DNA from: an uncultured Oscillospiraceae bacterium | GTDB taxonomy: Bacteria; Bacillota; Clostridia; Oscillospirales; Oscillospiraceae | Direction: 5' to 3' | Assembly (NCBI GenBank): GCA_947599875.1 | Contig: CANQFV010000007.1 | Span: forward strand, 11,661-75,660 | DNA: 64,000 bases | Shown: in pieces, positions 61,012 to 64,000 of the stretch | Numbering within the stretch: position 1 is the stretch's first letter | Layout: every line of letters begins with the position of its first letter | The notes under the pieces: generated by a model | What the model was told of the DNA's origin: nothing | The model's input: only the letters and a program-made list of their open reading frames with translations | Database searches by the model: none | Translations under genes and position numbers: made by a program

Positions 61012-64000
61012 ATGCTTCCCAACGGCCTTTACGAACAAGTCATCAATAAATCTCTTGACGCTGAGCTTGCCGGGACGGACAAGGTGGTGGAGACTGCCGC
61101 TATTGATGGGGCGGAGGCGGCGAAGGTGCTGGCCAAGTACGTGGCGGAGGTCGTGGAGCGGGGACTTGAGAACGTCAAGGACAACGGGGGAGACCTGGAG
61201 GCTCAAATTGAGCTTGTGAACAGGCTCGTCCGGGACATTGCTACCGGCACGAGCGAGAACGCGTATGACAATTTCTCCGTGGCAGAGCGCGCGGAGCAGC
61301 TTTTGGCGCTTCTGGAGCGGAAAAACACTGTCCTCGCCGTGGATGACAGGGCGGGGATCGTAAGACCCGAGACCTCCATTGCCCGCAGCTCCCTTTTCAC
61401 CGGTTCCCTCCACGAGCCCCAGATGTACACGGAGCTCAAAAAGGAGATCGTCTCTTGTGACCGCATTGACATGCTTGTGTCCTTCATCAAGTGGAGCGGG
61501 CTCCGGCTTTTGATGGAGGAGCTGGGAGATTACACCCGGCGGGGCGGCAAGCTGCGTGTCATCACCACCTCCTACATGGGCGCCACGGACATCAAGGCCA
61601 TCGAGGAGCTCCGGAAGCTCCCCAACACCCAGATCAAGGTGAGCTATGACACCAAGCGGACAAGGCTCCACGCCAAGACCTATGTCTTTTACCGGGACAC
61701 CGGCTTCACCACGGCCTACGTGGGATCCTCCAATCTCTCCAACGCCGCCATCTCCAGCGGCCTTGAGTGGAACGTCAAGGTCACGAAAAAGGACCTGCCG
61801 GAGACCATCGACAAGATCGAGGCCACATTTGAGAGCTATTGGAACTCCGGCGAATTTGAGTATTACGATGAGGGCCAGCAGGAGCGGCTGTCACGGGCGC
61901 TGAAGGCCGAGAAATACTTTGACAGCAATAACGCCGAGACCTATACGGTAGATGTCCAACCTTATTCCTACCAGCAGGAGATTTTGGATAAATTGGAGGC
62001 CGAACGCGCCGTGCGGGGCTATACCCGGAATTTAGTGGTGGCCGCCACGGGCACGGGAAAAACCGTGGTCTCTGCGCTGGATTACCGGCGCTTTCGCCGG
62101 CAGAACCCCGGTGTGCCCTGCCGCCTTCTTTTTGTGGCCCATCGGGAGGAGATATTGCGGCAGAGCCTCTACACCTTCCGGGCGGTGCTGAAGGACGCCA
62201 ATTTTGGGGAGATGTTCGTTGGGAACACAAGGCCCGAGGGCCTGGATAACCTGTTTATTTCAATTCAAACCTTCAATTCCCGGGATTTCACAGAGAAGAC
62301 AACAGCGGATTTTTACGATTACATTGTTGTGGACGAGTTTCACCACGCCGCCGCGCCCACATATCAAAAGCTGTTGACGTATTATCAACCGAAAATTTTG
62401 CTGGGCCTGACGGCAACGCCGGAGCGCATGGACGGAAAGGATATTTTGCCCTGCTTCTCCAACCGCATCGCGGCGGAAATAAGGCTCCCGGAGGCCATTG
62501 ACCGCAAGCTCCTGTGCCCGTTCCAGTACTTTGGCGTCACGGATGTGGTGGACCTTGATTCCCTTCGGTGGACGGCTGGAGGCTACGACAAAACGGAGCT
62601 TTCTAATATCTACACCATCAGCGGGCTAGTTGCAAAGCGCCGGGCGGATCTGGTGATCGAATCCCTGTTTAAGTACGTCACCGACATCGACGAGGTGAAG
62701 GGACTGGGTTTTTGCGTCTCCGTGGAGCACGCCAAATTCATGGCCCATATTTTCAATGAGCGGGGCATCCCCTCCATGTTCCTCACCGGTGATTCCCCGG
62801 ACGAGGAGAGGTGGAGCGCCAAGAATAAGCTGGTCTCCGGTCAGGTCCGTTTTATCTTTGTGGTGGACATCTACAACGAGGGCGTGGACATCCCGGAGGT
62901 CAACACGGTCCTCTTTTTGCGCCCCACCGAGTCTTTGACGGTGTTTTTGCAGCAGCTGGGCCGCGGCCTGCGGCTTTCCGAGGGCAAGGAGTGCCTGACG
63001 GTGCTGGATTTCATCGGTCAGGCCAATAAAAAATATAACTTCGAGGACAAATTTTCCGCGCTCCTCACCAACACCACCCGCGGCGTCACCAGGGAGATCA
63101 GGGACGGTTTCATCTCCCTGCCCAAAGGGTGCTACATACAGCTGGAGCGCAAGGCGGCAAAGTATATCCTGGACAATATCCGCGCCTCCTACGGCAACAG
63201 CGCTGGACTGATAGCCCGGATCGCCACCTTCCGGGAGGACACAGGAAAGGAATTGACGCTTGCCAATTTTCTTGACCATTACCGCCTTGACCCCAGGAGC
63301 CTGTACAAATTTGCGTCCTTCTCGCGGCTTTGCGTCCGGGCAGATGTGAGGGACAACTTCACAGAACCGCTGGAGGAGACTATGACGAAGGCGTTTGCGC
63401 GTCTTGCGGTCATCGACTCCCGGCGGTGGATTTGCTTTCTCCTTGACCTGCTGCCAAAGCTGGACAATACGGATTTTTCGCGCTTGTCACCCATGGAAAA
63501 ACGTATGCTCCAGATGTTCTACGTGACTGTCTGGGGCAAGGCGACGGAGGATTGGAACAGCGATGAGGTCCTGGACAATTTGTACGCCCTATCGGACAGC
63601 CCCGTGATGTTATCAGAGCTCCTGGAGCTCCTGGAATACCAATTTCAGCGCATCGACTTTATTGATGAGCCGGTGGACGTGGGCTTTGACTGCCCTCTGG
63701 ATTTGCATTGCACCTACACCAGGGACCAAATCCTGGTGGCTATGGACTTTTTGAAGCCCGCCACCGTCCGCGAGGGTGTCAAATGGCTGCCGGAGAAGAA
63801 GCTGGACCTCTTTTTCGTGACGCTGAATAAGTCCGACAAGGATTATTCGCCCACCACCATGTATAAGGATTACTCCATAAACAGCCAGCTCTTCCATTGG
63901 CAAAGTCAGAGCACCACGGCGGAAAATTCCCCCACTGGCCAGCGCTACATTCACCATCAGGAGCAGGGGAGCCATGTACTTCTCTTCGTCCGTGAATTCA
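61012..64000 (+). CDS. PLD (HKD) nuclease / SF2 DEAD-DEAH helicase / DUF3427 fusion protein, 3' end outside window
   Basis: Not in the supplied ORF track (no stop in the window). I translated it by eye and saw no stops over 996 codons. HAK..GSSNLS at 61669 onward. AATGTGKT 62041-62064, DEFHH 62332-62346, TATPER, QQLGRGLR. Confidence 0.85.
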   Translation, partial: MLPNGLYEQVINKSLDAELAGTDKVVETAAIDGAEAAKVLAKYVAEVVERGLENVKDNGGDLEAQIELVNRLVRDIATGTSENAYDNFSVAERAEQLLALLERKNTVLAVDDRAGIVRPETSIARSSLFTGSLHEPQMYTELKKEIVSCDRIDMLVSFIKWSGLRLLMEELGDYTRRGGKLRVITTSYMGATDIKAIEELRKLPNTQIKVSYDTKRTRLHAKTYVFYRDTGFTTAYVGSSNLSNAAISSGLEWNVKVTKKDLPETIDKIEATFESYWNSGEFEYYDEGQQERLSRALKAEKYFDSNNAETYTVDVQPYSYQQEILDKLEAERAVRGYTRNLVVAATGTGKTVVSALDYRRFRRQNPGVPCRLLFVAHREEILRQSLYTFRAVLKDANFGEMFVGNTRPEGLDNLFISIQTFNSRDFTEKTTADFYDYIVVDEFHHAAAPTYQKLLTYYQPKILLGLTATPERMDGKDILPCFSNRIAAEIRLPEAIDRKLLCPFQYFGVTDVVDLDSLRWTAGGYDKTELSNIYTISGLVAKRRADLVIESLFKYVTDIDEVKGLGFCVSVEHAKFMAHIFNERGIPSMFLTGDSPDEERWSAKNKLVSGQVRFIFVVDIYNEGVDIPEVNTVLFLRPTESLTVFLQQLGRGLRLSEGKECLTVLDFIGQANKKYNFEDKFSALLTNTTRGVTREIRDGFISLPKGCYIQLERKAAKYILDNIRASYGNSAGLIARIATFREDTGKELTLANFLDHYRLDPRSLYKFASFSRLCVRADVRDNFTEPLEETMTKAFARLAVIDSRRWICFLLDLLPKLDNTDFSRLSPMEKRMLQMFYVTVWGKATEDWNSDEVLDNLYALSDSPVMLSELLELLEYQFQRIDFIDEPVDVGFDCPLDLHCTYTRDQILVAMDFLKPATVREGVKWLPEKKLDLFFVTLNKSDKDYSPTTMYKDYSINSQLFHWQSQSTTAENSPTGQRYIHHQEQGSHVLLFVREF

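Larger units (their letters stand above)
56834..64000. mobile_element. possible integrated island to the right of the tRNA remnant (extends beyond the window)
   Basis: A tRNA 3' fragment marks the distal junction. Cargo includes a DUF6809-like gene, a duplicated block and a PLD-helicase defence-type gene. No integrase or intact tRNA is seen in the window. Confidence 0.3.

Overview
This is a high-GC Firmicutes-type chromosome segment, probably from Clostridia of the Oscillospiraceae type (inferred from gene content only). Positions 1-38.9 kb look like ordinary core and metabolic DNA. They hold purA (3' end)-purC-purF, an RNHCP protein, an aminotransferase, trpS and a GT4 phospho-sugar transferase. 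Next come a hybrid histidine kinase with a degenerate HD-GYP protein, a translationally coupled FAD-oxidoreductase/DUF1667 trio and degV. An L-arabinose operon follows (araA, BNR-propeller protein, FGGY kinase, araD, split transketolase, transaldolase), then cysK. An AraC-linked glycoside-hydrolase locus closes this part (GH105, GH43, CE4, GH31, DUF1349, GH97-CBM, esterase). From 38.9 kb onward the window is accessory and mosaic. (1) A tyrosine recombinase abuts a 248-bp segment bracketed by perfect 24-bp inverted lox-like sites. The segment carries a consensus promoter, so it is a putative invertible switch, and it sits next to an orphan 513-aa prepilin-type protein. (2) Three tandem ~100-aa paralogs precede an ECF sigma/anti-sigma pair. 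(3) A block (aldo-keto reductase, cyclophilin-like lipoprotein, fructosamine kinase, promoter plus MazG-like gene) is present twice, as a decayed copy at 45.8-50.6 kb and an intact copy at 57.5-61.0 kb. (4) Between and after the two copies lie a UvrD-like helicase, a macro-domain operon and an AT-richer WYL-like/SF1-helicase/DUF2726-nuclease gene. There are also two tRNA-3'-half remnants with the same terminator hairpin (possible island scars). (5) A PLD-nuclease/SF2-helicase/DUF3427 gene runs from 61012 to the window end. It is absent from the supplied ORF track because it has no stop codon in the window. A modular multi-hairpin intergenic repeat family occurs five times, each copy directly after a stop codon. 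I saw no rRNA gene, intact tRNA gene or CRISPR array. All product calls rest on motif recognition by eye, with no database search.
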